Positions 39,221 to 48,298 are shown, counted from the first letter of the stretch. The stretch is DNA of 64,000 nt from Gammaproteobacteria bacterium (GCA_047620145.1 JBLHKO010000001.1:9007-73006); one strand, 5' to 3'. The notes: a model not told the origin generated them from the sequence alone. Made by a program: numbers and translations.

Positions 39221-40393
39221 ATGACAAGCGAAACTCTTTTTAGAAACATAGGTAAAAATTACTGGCTAGAGCGTTTAACGCCCACCAGTCTGGGATGGGT
39301 CTTATTGCTGTTGGCAAGTACGGCTTTCACCGCCAATCAATACCATCCTGTTATGGATGTCTACGAATTAGGTATCCTTATCAGTACAGGGATTGCCTTC
39401 AGCTTGCTTGGGCTCTCATGGCGGCCGATACAAGGCCTTATTTTGGTCGTTTCTATTTTAAGTCTTTTCAGTATTTCACTTTATGGTGAAAATCTGGGTG
39501 CGGCCGAACAAAATTTCTTTCTTAAATATTTGATCTCCAGTCAATCAGCCATCATGTGGATGAGTGCGCTATACGTTATGGCCACCGTGAGTTATACAGG
39601 TAGCTTGTTGTTCGGTTCAGATTACACAGGAAAAGTAGCTACACGATTAACCTGGGTAGCAACCATCATGGGGATTACAGGCTTACTCGTTCGCTGGCGT
39701 GAATCCTATCTGCTAGGCGCGGATATTGGGCATATCCCAGTAAGCAACCTGTATGAAGTCTTTATCTTGTTTTGCCTGATCACAGCGCTGATCTATCTCT
39801 ATTATGAGGATAAATCCAAAACACGAAGCATGGGATCTTTTGTCCTCCTGGTCATTAGTGCCGCCGTTGGCTTCCTGCTTTGGTATACGTATTCAAGAGG
39901 TGCTCACGAAATTCAACCGCTGGTTCCCGCACTGAATAGCTATTGGATGAAAATACATGTGCCTGCAAATTTTATTGGCTATGGCTGTTTCAGTTTATCA
40001 GCCATGTTAGGCACAGCTTATTTATTAAGAAATTTTATTGAGCGAAAAGCACCAGACTCAATACTTCTCTCACGCATGCCATCCTATGATTTGCTTGATG
40101 ATGTTATCTATAAATCTAATGCCTTGGGTTTTGCATTTTTTACGATAGCAACTATCCTCGGGGCATTATGGGCGGCAGAGGCATGGGGTGGATATTGGTC
40201 ATGGGATCCTAAAGAAACCTGGGCATTAATCGTCTGGTTAAATTACGCAGCCTGGCTACATATGCGCATGACAAAAGGTTGGAAAGGCACGCCCATGGCA
40301 TGGTGGTCAGTCATCGGCTTATTCGTCACCCTATTTGCTTTTCTGGGTGTGAATATGTTTCTATCGGGTTTGCATTCTTATGGTGAATTATAA
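39221..40393 (+). CDS. ccsA: cytochrome c-type biogenesis protein CcsA/ResC
   Basis: 390 aa, polytopic. Trp-rich haem-handling motif WGGYWSWDPKETWAL. Confidence 0.9.
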   Translation: MTSETLFRNIGKNYWLERLTPTSLGWVLLLLASTAFTANQYHPVMDVYELGILISTGIAFSLLGLSWRPIQGLILVVSILSLFSISLYGENLGAAEQNFFLKYLISSQSAIMWMSALYVMATVSYTGSLLFGSDYTGKVATRLTWVATIMGITGLLVRWRESYLLGADIGHIPVSNLYEVFILFCLITALIYLYYEDKSKTRSMGSFVLLVISAAVGFLLWYTYSRGAHEIQPLVPALNSYWMKIHVPANFIGYGCFSLSAMLGTAYLLRNFIERKAPDSILLSRMPSYDLLDDVIYKSNALGFAFFTIATILGALWAAEAWGGYWSWDPKETWALIVWLNYAAWLHMRMTKGWKGTPMAWWSVIGLFVTLFAFLGVNMFLSGLHSYGEL

Positions 40394-40435
40394 TTCACAA
40401 AAATTTCAAGATATTATTTTCAAGGGCAATGACAC

Positions 40436-41221
40436 ATGAATAAAAAATCACTCCGGGCATTTATACCTGCTATTTTTCTACTTGCGACACTAATGACATC
40501 CTCGGCTTGCTCTGACGATGGCAAGGCATTAGACGAAGCTAAACAAGAAATTACTGTTGTTCATACTGAACCGCCAGAGACAACAGATCATCACCAACAT
40601 CAACACGAAGACCAAACTCAAAAACATGCTCAAGACCAAGGCACAGGAGTCATCGCGCAAGATATTACCGGCCTCTATAAAGAACTCTCTTCACCTCAAG
40701 CCACAAAAACTGGCGACAAAATAGAAGTCATAGAAGTCTTTTGGTACGGCTGTCCGCATTGTTATCAATTTGAACCAACCATTAACAAATGGCTTAAAGA
40801 GAAAGCTGGATATATTGAATTTGTCCGTATTCCTGGAGTGCTTGGGCCACAGTGGGTCGTTCATGCTCGTGCATATTACGCCGCGGAAAATCTAGGTGTG
40901 CTGGAAAAAATTCATGAGCCATTATTTAATGCGATTCATAATGAAAAAAGAAAGATAATCGATGAAAAAAGTTTGAAAAGTTTCTTCGCTGAACATGGTG
41001 TAACTGGAAACGATTTCGATAAGGCTTATCAATCACAAGAAGTTGAAGAAAAAGTCAGGACAGCATTTTCAGCAGGGAAAAATTATGAATTGACTGGCGT
41101 CCCTGCGATAGTAATCAACGGTAAATACACTACTAGCGCATCAATGGCAGGTAGCTTTGAGAAAGTTGTTGATGTCATCAATACCCTGTCTGCAAAAGAA
41201 TATGAGAGTTTGAAGCAATAG
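40436..41221 (+). CDS. dsbA: thiol:disulfide interchange protein DsbA with a long N-terminal linker
   Basis: 261 aa with a signal peptide ending SSAC. A ~75-aa acidic and His/Gln-rich linker (DHHQHQHEDQTQKH) precedes the thioredoxin fold, which has CPHC. Confidence 0.88.
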   Translation: MNKKSLRAFIPAIFLLATLMTSSACSDDGKALDEAKQEITVVHTEPPETTDHHQHQHEDQTQKHAQDQGTGVIAQDITGLYKELSSPQATKTGDKIEVIEVFWYGCPHCYQFEPTINKWLKEKAGYIEFVRIPGVLGPQWVVHARAYYAAENLGVLEKIHEPLFNAIHNEKRKIIDEKSLKSFFAEHGVTGNDFDKAYQSQEVEEKVRTAFSAGKNYELTGVPAIVINGKYTTSASMAGSFEKVVDVINTLSAKEYESLKQ

Positions 41222-41307
41222 TTCATCTGCAGGAAGTCATGGGCAGAAGTAATAACTGATGCACACAAAAGTGCTCAGTTGAGGGCTTTTATTTTATAGA
41301 AAAATAT

Positions 41308-41967
41308 TTACAACAATATTTTTTGTAGCCATCTGGAAATATCGTTTATCTCTTCGGCGCAAACACTGTGTTGCATTGCATAAGTTTGATAGTTGACACA
41401 GTAACCCAGTATTTTTAAGGCTTCGTAGGCGATTTTACCGAGAGGCTCCGGGACTACAGGATCCATCCTTCCATGATAAATCTGAATCGGCAGAGATTTA
41501 TTTTCCTTACTCGGCAAAATAGATGTGCTGGTCGCAAAATAAGTCGACATCGCGATTAATCCAGCAAGTGGTTTAGTGTAAGTCAAAGCCGCCTGATACC
41601 CCACAGCGCCACCTTGCGAGAAACCTGCAATGACAATCCGCGTACTATCAATCCCTCGTGAAATCTCCTTGTCAATCAACGCAGCAATCGCTTGTGAAGA
41701 TACCAACAATTGTTTTTCATCAACTTTTTTATCGATACTCATTTCCAAAATGTCATACCATGCTGGCATCACCATGCCATTATTAATAGTCACAGGCATT
41801 GATGGCGCATGAGGAAAAATAAAGCGAATAGCAGCATTATCTGGCAGCTTCAGTTCCGGCACGATAGGTTCAAAATCGTGACCATCTGCGCCCAAACCAT
41901 GTAACCATATTACTGCAGAATTTGCGGGATTTTGAGGTTCAACTTCAATGCATGGTAAATAATTCAT
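41308..41967 (-). CDS. carboxylesterase/phospholipase-family alpha/beta hydrolase
   Basis: The track ORF extends to 42021. ATG 41967 (MNYLPCIEVEP) is the more typical start. Nucleophile elbow GFSQGG. Confidence 0.82.
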   Translation of the reverse strand: MNYLPCIEVEPQNPANSAVIWLHGLGADGHDFEPIVPELKLPDNAAIRFIFPHAPSMPVTINNGMVMPAWYDILEMSIDKKVDEKQLLVSSQAIAALIDKEISRGIDSTRIVIAGFSQGGAVGYQAALTYTKPLAGLIAMSTYFATSTSILPSKENKSLPIQIYHGRMDPVVPEPLGKIAYEALKILGYCVNYQTYAMQHSVCAEEINDISRWLQKILL

Positions 41968-42181
41968 AATAATATAATTTTCTCTAACTAGGTTTGTTTT
42001 ATTGAGAGTCAACGAAGACATAGATAAATATTGCTAATATTTTCACATCAAAGGTCTGCTAATGCCAGTAAGGTAATCACAGGCTGGAATATTCGATAGA
42101 AAATGAACTCTTCCTATTCAATATGTCAAATTTGTTGATACGCAATATATCGACTGAATAACCTATCGTAGGAACGATAAT

Positions 42182-42814
42182 ATGATATCAATAAAGACGG
42201 CCTCCTTTGTTTTAGTTCTATCTCTGTTTGCAGCTGTATTCTCACTCTCCGCGGCAGATGATGAGCCTACAGGCACCAATCAAGAGACAGCTATTGCAAC
42301 ATTTGCTGGCGGCTGCTTTTGGTGTATGGAAGGTCCCTTCGATAAACTGACAGGCGTTATATCTACCACTTCTGGTTACACCGGCGGTCACACACAAAAC
42401 CCAACGTATAAACAAACTTCCTCAGGTAATACTGGGCACACAGAAGCCGTTCAAATCGTCTACGACCCCAAACAAGTGGGCTATGAAAAACTTCTCGACG
42501 TTTTCTGGCACAATATTGATCCAACAACACCAGATCAACAATTTTGCGATCGCGGAAGTCAATATCGATCAGAAATATTTTATCATGATGATCAGCAAAA
42601 ACAATTAGCTGACGCATCCAAGTCTGTGCTCAACAAAAGTAAGCCTTTTAAACAAGCAATTGTCACGCAAATAACCAAAGCATCGACATTCTATGCTGCA
42701 GAAGATTATCATCAGGATTACTATAAGAAGAATCCAGTTCGATATAAATATTATAGATACGGCTGTGGTAGAGATAAACGACTGGAACAGCTATGGGGTG
42801 AACAAGAACACTAG
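42182..42814 (+). CDS. msrA: peptide-methionine (S)-S-oxide reductase with a signal peptide
   Basis: 210 aa with a GGCFWC catalytic motif. It is preceded by MISIKTASFVLVLSLFAAVFSLSA, a Sec-type signal. Confidence 0.9.
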   Translation: MISIKTASFVLVLSLFAAVFSLSAADDEPTGTNQETAIATFAGGCFWCMEGPFDKLTGVISTTSGYTGGHTQNPTYKQTSSGNTGHTEAVQIVYDPKQVGYEKLLDVFWHNIDPTTPDQQFCDRGSQYRSEIFYHDDQQKQLADASKSVLNKSKPFKQAIVTQITKASTFYAAEDYHQDYYKKNPVRYKYYRYGCGRDKRLEQLWGEQEH

Positions 42815-42834
42815 GCATTACAATAATAAGCGCT

Positions 42835-43842
42835 TCAGAATAATAAATATTCGAAGAATGCTTCGCTCCAGTCACCACGTCTATCCAGGATAAAACGTGT
42901 CAATTCCTTAATCAGGATATCTGAATTGGAGTGTAGCTCGTCGAACTCAGGCAACTCCATGCGTCTCAATTCTTCTAATGTTTCCGGCCTGGCTTCGACT
43001 AAAATATTTCTAACCTCAGGTGAATTCATTCTCGTCATAAATACCTCATAGGCATCGAGCAAAATATTAAACCCACCGTCATTGTTTAATATATAAACTT
43101 TTTCAATTCTCTGCATAGGCGTCAATAAAAGATGTTCACGCATCCAGTTTATTTTATCTTTCTTCTCCTTACTGCATTCTCCTAATAAAAAGATCAAAGC
43201 AGCAAACATGGGAATACGACTATTGCGCAATTTAGTATTACGCATATGCCAGCTATCAATCGGGTCATTCGACAAATCAAACTGATGCCATGCACAATAG
43301 GATCTGAAATAACGAATTAAATCATTAAGAAGATAAACCCATTCTTTCTTCTGATCATATATCAGAAAACCTGCTGCATAGCGTTCAAGTAAGCCTGATA
43401 TTAATTTCTGAAAATATTCCTCACCATAGATAGGTTTGGCATCAAGTAATACTTGCATGCGCTTACCAAAAATATTTTTATCATCTGCGATCAATCCCAA
43501 ATTGCTGTAATCACAAATTTGACTATAACTTGAAGGTGTCACATAAATTCCTGTAGATTTCGGTAATGGCAAGCCAAGAGGATCCAATGCATCCCATACT
43601 GCCTGCATGGCTTTTTGACATCGAACAGGATCATGAATCGCATCATCATTAACCAGGACAATCAGGTCACAATCAGAATGCGCCATACCTTCAAGACGGC
43701 CCAGTGAACCAGACACAGCGGCAATAGAAACGTCTGGGGCAGACTCAACAAGCGGTGCTAAACGCTGCCTCATCTGCTCTAGCATATCGTTTGACCAGTT
43801 GTGCGCGTAAGTAAGCGTAGGATATCTATCAGTATCGAACAT
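42835..43842 (-). CDS. Pol-beta-superfamily nucleotidyltransferase-domain protein
   Basis: 335 aa. The N-terminal VSGSLGRLEGMAHSDCDLIVLV fits the G[GS]-x10-DxD nucleotidyltransferase signature (GlnD/GlnE/MNT-like). A long helical C-terminal region follows. Confidence 0.6.
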   Translation of the reverse strand: MFDTDRYPTLTYAHNWSNDMLEQMRQRLAPLVESAPDVSIAAVSGSLGRLEGMAHSDCDLIVLVNDDAIHDPVRCQKAMQAVWDALDPLGLPLPKSTGIYVTPSSYSQICDYSNLGLIADDKNIFGKRMQVLLDAKPIYGEEYFQKLISGLLERYAAGFLIYDQKKEWVYLLNDLIRYFRSYCAWHQFDLSNDPIDSWHMRNTKLRNSRIPMFAALIFLLGECSKEKKDKINWMREHLLLTPMQRIEKVYILNNDGGFNILLDAYEVFMTRMNSPEVRNILVEARPETLEELRRMELPEFDELHSNSDILIKELTRFILDRRGDWSEAFFEYLLF

Positions 43843-43852
43843 AATTTATATA

Positions 43853-44308
43853 TCAGGACTTTGATTGATGTTTGGTTAAAAGTTTATCTAGTTGATTCGC
43901 AAATGCCTGTCGATCAGCTTGATTTAATGCCGGTGGACCACCTGTATCTACTCCGCTAGAACGTAACGTTTCCATAAAATCTCTCATGCTTAACCGTGAT
44001 CTAATATTTTCTACTGTATAAAGTTCGCCGCGCGGACTTAGAACAGTACCACCTTTTTCTATTGCTTCTGCCGCCAAAGGAATATCACTGGTAATGACAA
44101 TATCTCCGGAACTAAGCATCTTTACAATCTCATTATCTGCAACATCAAAACCAGAGGCTACTCTAATGAACTTAATATAGCGCGATGGAGGGATGTTCAA
44201 TGTCTGATTAGCGACAAGCGTCAACTCTATCCCGGTTCGCTCTGCCGCTCTGAATAAAATATCTTTGATCACTACCGGACATGCGTCGGCATCTACCCAT
44301 ATCTTCAT
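43853..44308 (-). CDS. yaiI: YaiI/YqxD family protein (UPF0178, DUF188)
   Basis: 151 aa. [24 protein letters not shown] is the characteristic N-terminus of this family. Confidence 0.85.
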   Translation of the reverse strand: MKIWVDADACPVVIKDILFRAAERTGIELTLVANQTLNIPPSRYIKFIRVASGFDVADNEIVKMLSSGDIVITSDIPLAAEAIEKGGTVLSPRGELYTVENIRSRLSMRDFMETLRSSGVDTGGPPALNQADRQAFANQLDKLLTKHQSKS

Positions 44309-44409
44309 TTCAGATTACTTAATAATTCAGCGCTGTGCGTACCGCATATTGCAACATCCACAGAACCTAACAGTAATAGAAATTCTATTCTTGTCTGCAT
44401 TCTCAGTTA

Positions 44410-44787
44410 TTACTCTTTAATAACATACAGTGCTATCGCCCCAAAGAGACACACCGAGGCAACGACGTCGGCAATTACAACCTTACGTATTGAATCATTG
44501 AATTCACCGATTGAAAAAGCCAGGTAGAAAAATGATGCCAGGCTTATAAAGGCAAAAACGAACGCAAGGGGCTGGGCAGCTGGGCGAAATGCAGCATACG
44601 CGAAAAATATGCCTAGAATTCCAAAAAGAATCGCCCTGTGGCGCATCACAATTTCCAAATTGCTGTCCATGATAGAAATTCCGTAGAGTGAGGCGAGTTG
44701 TTCAACACCAAAAAACCCGATAACAGGTAATAAATGAATCACAGAGATCACTAACAGAAGTCCGGTGATTATTCTGCTTCGCATCAT
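44410..44787 (-). CDS. small four-TM membrane protein, function unknown
   Basis: 125 aa with four hydrophobic segments. Its start abuts the stop of the upstream glycosyltransferase gene. Confidence 0.55.
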   Translation of the reverse strand: MMRSRIITGLLLVISVIHLLPVIGFFGVEQLASLYGISIMDSNLEIVMRHRAILFGILGIFFAYAAFRPAAQPLAFVFAFISLASFFYLAFSIGEFNDSIRKVVIADVVASVCLFGAIALYVIKE

Positions 44788-45699
44788 TTAATATCGATAT
44801 CTTTCATGGATTATATTCAACAAGCCAGCACAATACCCCATCCCCGATGCGAATTTTACCCCTGCCTTCTCCAGATTATGACGATGCTTATTAACAATAG
44901 CACGTATTAAACTAAGAACCGCGCCTATAAATTTTCCAAGCGTCTTGGGAATAAAATGTAGCCAGGCGGCGAATGCTGAATAAGTTTTTTTATAACGCAA
45001 TACATTATTAATCCCGCCAGTATAGTGGCGGAATAGTTTATATCTTAATGTCTCTCGTTCCGGCAATACTGCTTCGAAGATTACTGCCTCATTAACCCAT
45101 GTCGCTGTGCAACCGAGTTTGCTTGCCCTACCGAAGAAATCAAAATCCTCACCACCAATAAAATTGTAATAAAGATCAAAAGTTAATCCCAACTCAGAAA
45201 TAAGTCTTTTACTAAATATGACATTGTTAGTAGAAATATATCTGGGCGTAACACCGGTTTTGTATTTTAAATCCATTACAAATTCAGCAGGTGGCGTCAC
45301 TTCTATTGTGGGGATTACAGGCCCGGTTGCAATATCAACAGAATGGGTTACGAGACCATCATGGAGGTTCCTCAACCAATCCTTGTGAGGCATCTCATCA
45401 TCATCAATGAAAGCGATGAGGTCAGCTTCATGCTCTCGCGCTTTTTCAATGAGACAATTCCTTACTGAACAAAGACCACGCTCAGTTTCAACATAATAAT
45501 GTAAGGGTTGGTCGAGACTGGATGATATATTGTCACAAACTTCCTTACCCTCTTGCTCACGGTCATTATCAACAACGATAACAAGTAAATTAAGATTCTC
45601 AGGGAGATTGAGTTCGCCTATAGCAAGCAGACATTGTTTCAATAAAACTGGACGCTTAAAGGTAGGGATACATATAGCAAGCGTCGAAGGTTCACGCAT
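44788..45699 (-). CDS. family 2 glycosyltransferase
   Basis: 303 aa with CIPTFKRP, VVDNDREQEG and a DxD region (FIDDDE). Confidence 0.82.
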   Translation of the reverse strand: MREPSTLAICIPTFKRPVLLKQCLLAIGELNLPENLNLLVIVVDNDREQEGKEVCDNISSSLDQPLHYYVETERGLCSVRNCLIEKAREHEADLIAFIDDDEMPHKDWLRNLHDGLVTHSVDIATGPVIPTIEVTPPAEFVMDLKYKTGVTPRYISTNNVIFSKRLISELGLTFDLYYNFIGGEDFDFFGRASKLGCTATWVNEAVIFEAVLPERETLRYKLFRHYTGGINNVLRYKKTYSAFAAWLHFIPKTLGKFIGAVLSLIRAIVNKHRHNLEKAGVKFASGMGYCAGLLNIIHERYRY

Positions 45700-45774
45700 A
45701 GTGAATTTTACTAGAATGTGTTATGGAATGTAAGACGCTTCCCTGCGTAACATATATCCTAATCTATCCCAATC

Positions 45775-46107
45775 TTAATCTGCCATCGCCTTCCCTGATT
45801 TAAGTGTTACCGCACGTACAGATTTTGATGCAGGTTTGGCCTTAATCATTATGTCTTCGCCAGTAAACGGGTTACGACCTGGGCGAGCTTTGGTTGCTGG
45901 TTTCTTTACAGTCTTCATCTTCACGCCCAAATCAGGCACCATGAATACACCACAGCTACGTGGTTTTAGATGACGAGCAGCCTGTACACCTAATGATGCC
46001 AACACTGCTTTTACATTAGCCTTTGAAACTCCTGTAGCTTCTGATATCTCGGCGATAATTTGTGATTTGGTTTGCTTCTCTTTGAAAGCGCTTGTTTTCA
46101 CTGACAT
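45775..46107 (-). CDS. divergent HU/IHF-family DNA-binding protein
   Basis: 110 aa. Helical N-terminal half (KSQIIAEISEATGVSKANVKAVL) and a beta-arm with RNPFTGE. Flanked by very AT-rich non-coding DNA. Confidence 0.75.
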   Translation of the reverse strand: MSVKTSAFKEKQTKSQIIAEISEATGVSKANVKAVLASLGVQAARHLKPRSCGVFMVPDLGVKMKTVKKPATKARPGRNPFTGEDIMIKAKPASKSVRAVTLKSGKAMAD

Positions 46108-46370
46108 GGTAACTCCCGTCTTTGTTGTTTTATGAATTCATTCATGATTTGTAGAGGCCGTATTTTAGCAGGATTATTTGCAAAAGAACCTATATCTGTA
46201 GGTTTATCTGAGATTTATGATATAAATATAATACTCCTGAGTACCGATTTATACTGAAAGTAATCGATAATTATTATTAAATTGAACCCGGATGTTAAAA
46301 ATAATTTCTTGCTCATCGACATGAACAATTACATATATATGTAAGTTAGTATAAATTTTTGGATTTTGAT

Positions 46371-47257
46371 ATGACTAATGTACTGAAGCAACAAATTTCT
46401 TTTGAAGTGTCTAACGATAAAATAATAGGTGATCTGTATTTGCCAGCAGAAGCAACGTCTACACTTCCCGCTGTCGCTGTCACCGGGCCCATGACCAGCG
46501 TCAAGGAACAGGTACAGGTGTTTATGCAAAAGCCCTCGCTAAACTTGGTTATGCGGCTCTGGCTATTGATCCTAGGCATTATGGTAAAAGCGAGGGACAA
46601 CCGCGACAATACGAATACTATGAACACAAGATTGAAGATTTCAGTGCGGCGGTAGATTATCTAGCCCAACGCGATGACATTGACGAAAATCGATTAGGCT
46701 TAACAGGAGTATGCCTCGGATACGGCTATGCTAGCTGGGCAGCGGTAAAGAACAAAAAAGTTAAATCACTTGGTTTGGTCGTTGGATATTATCGAGACGT
46801 AGCAGAAATGAAAGCGGGCGATGCCGTTGGATTTCAACAAAAAGTTGATCAGGGCATCGAAGCCCGAAAGACTTATGAAACGACCAATGAAGTTATTAGC
46901 ATCCCTGCTGCTGCACTCACTGTGGATGCAGCCATGTCTGGCCCTAATTTGGTTGATTACTACGGCAATCGCGCGAAGGTTCCAAATTACACGAACTCAT
47001 TTGCAGTGATGTCTCGTGAACACTTTCTTCCATTTGATGTTCAATCAGCAGCAAACAAATTAACCATACCTGTCGCAATGGTTCATTCGAGAAATGCATT
47101 ATCACCAGACTCTGCAGAAAAATTCTATGACAATATCGTCACCGAAAAAGAATCTCTCTGGTTAACCGGGAAAAGCCAGGACGATTTTTACGACAACGAA
47201 GAATTGGTGAGCCAAGCCACAACATTTCTAGCAGAATTCAATCAGATTCGAAGCTGA
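46371..47257 (+). pseudogene. dienelactone-hydrolase-like alpha/beta hydrolase with a frameshift near 46503-46520
   Basis: Frame 0 reads MTNVLKQQISFEV..AVAVTGPMTSVKEQ. The sensible continuation GVYAKALAKLGYAALAIDPRHYGKSEG...GVCLGYG... is in another frame that is open through to 47257. The switch falls in ACAGGTACAGGT. Confidence 0.7.
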
Positions 47258-47281
47258 TTTATCTACCTCATATTTGAAATA

Positions 47282-47381
47282 TGGCGCGCCCGACAGGATT
47301 ACTCCACACTTCCATGTGCTCCGCCCTTCGGGCCAGCCGGTGGCTGTTCAAAATTGCTCCCGGCAATTTTGTCGAACCTGT
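47282..47381 (-). repeat. split duplicate of the 3' 29 nt of tRNA-Arg (att-like scar)
   Basis: 47282-47300 is identical to 47446-47464 (TGGCGCGCCCGACAGGATT, covering the T-loop to CCA). 47372-47381 (TCGAACCTGT) is identical to 47464-47473. The two pieces are separated by a 71-nt insert containing hairpin CAAAATTGC/GCAATTTTG. Confidence 0.8.
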
Positions 47382-47445
47382 AGGTTCAGGTCCTGATTAG
47401 ATAAACGCCAATAACCAAAGCTACCGAAAAGGTAGTTTTGGTTAT

Positions 47446-47522
47446 TGGCGCGCCCGACAGGATTCGAACCTGTGACCTTTGGTTTCGGAAACCAATACTC
47501 TATCCAACTGAGCTACGGGCGC
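47446..47522 (-). tRNA. tRNA-Arg (anticodon CCG)
   Basis: The reverse complement GCGCCCGTAGCTCAGTTGGATAGAGTATTGGTTTCCGAAACCAAAGGTCACAGGTTCGAATCCTGTCGGGCGCGCCA folds as a cloverleaf. The anticodon loop is TTCCGAA. Confidence 0.93.
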
Positions 47523-47701
47523 AATATATATATGGAAACTCGGGAAAAGAGTACCTTTTCGTCCATCTGGCGTCCAGATGAAGTTTTCTCACACAATAAG
47601 TACAGGTATACTGTGCGCGGTAAGAATTACAAGGCATTAAAATAACAATTCAATATAAATCAACTTCATTCTTGTAGCTGTTGGTCACTGGGGAGTAGGA
47701 A

Positions 47702-48202
47702 ATGAGTCAAGAACAAGATAAAGCATTTTTTAAAAATTTTACCATCATCCTGATTATTTTGGCAGTGTTGATGGCTGTTTTCATGGTCCTGGGGGTTATG
47801 TTTGGTGGTGTCACTGAGTCCCCTGAAAAAGTTACCGCTGAAGTAATGAAAAACACAGAGCCAATGGCTCAAATGCAAATGGAAGGAGATGAACCTGAAG
47901 CACCCGCTATGGAAGAATCTACCTCTGTGGCAGAAGCTGGAGGAGCGTATGCTGGCAAAACAACTTACGAGGGCCTATGTGTTGCTTGTCATGGCTCCGG
48001 TATTCCAGGTATCCCACAACTAGGTGATGCGGCTGCCTGGGCACCCCGTATTGAGCAAGGGAATGACACACTCTATAGTAACGCCATTAATGGCTACACT
48101 GGTGGTTCGGGTATGCCGATGCCAGCCAAGGGTGGCAATCCTGATTTGAGTGATGATGATGTGAAAGCTGCGGTTGATTACATGGTCACTAACAGTCAGT
48201 AA
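47702..48202 (+). CDS. membrane-anchored cytochrome c5-type monohaem cytochrome
   Basis: 166 aa with an N-terminal TM anchor, an acidic linker, CVACHG and a downstream MPMPAKGG Met ligand region. Confidence 0.85.
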   Translation: MSQEQDKAFFKNFTIILIILAVLMAVFMVLGVMFGGVTESPEKVTAEVMKNTEPMAQMQMEGDEPEAPAMEESTSVAEAGGAYAGKTTYEGLCVACHGSGIPGIPQLGDAAAWAPRIEQGNDTLYSNAINGYTGGSGMPMPAKGGNPDLSDDDVKAAVDYMVTNSQ

Positions 48203-48222
48203 AATTTATTAAATCTGATAAT

Positions 48223-48250
48223 AAAAAAGGAGGCAATTGCCTCCTTTTTT
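48223..48250. terminator. bidirectional rho-independent terminator
   Basis: AAAAAA-GGAGGC-AATT-GCCTCC-TTTTTT, lying between the convergent cytochrome c5 and TRAP-binding-protein genes. Confidence 0.8.
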
Positions 48251-48298
48251 ATTATCAATAATCCACACTCTGTGAGTCCTATTGAATGTAGTCTTTCC

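Noticed and set aside
42835-47300. Treating the whole accessory-looking block (NTase, yaiI, GT2, HU-like, broken hydrolase) as a genomic island integrated at tRNA-Arg.
   Set aside because: The displaced tRNA 3'-end copy lies only 145 bp from the tRNA, so the recognisable att pair encloses almost nothing. I found no integrase and no further copy of the 19-mer to the left. The island hypothesis is unsupported by this window alone.
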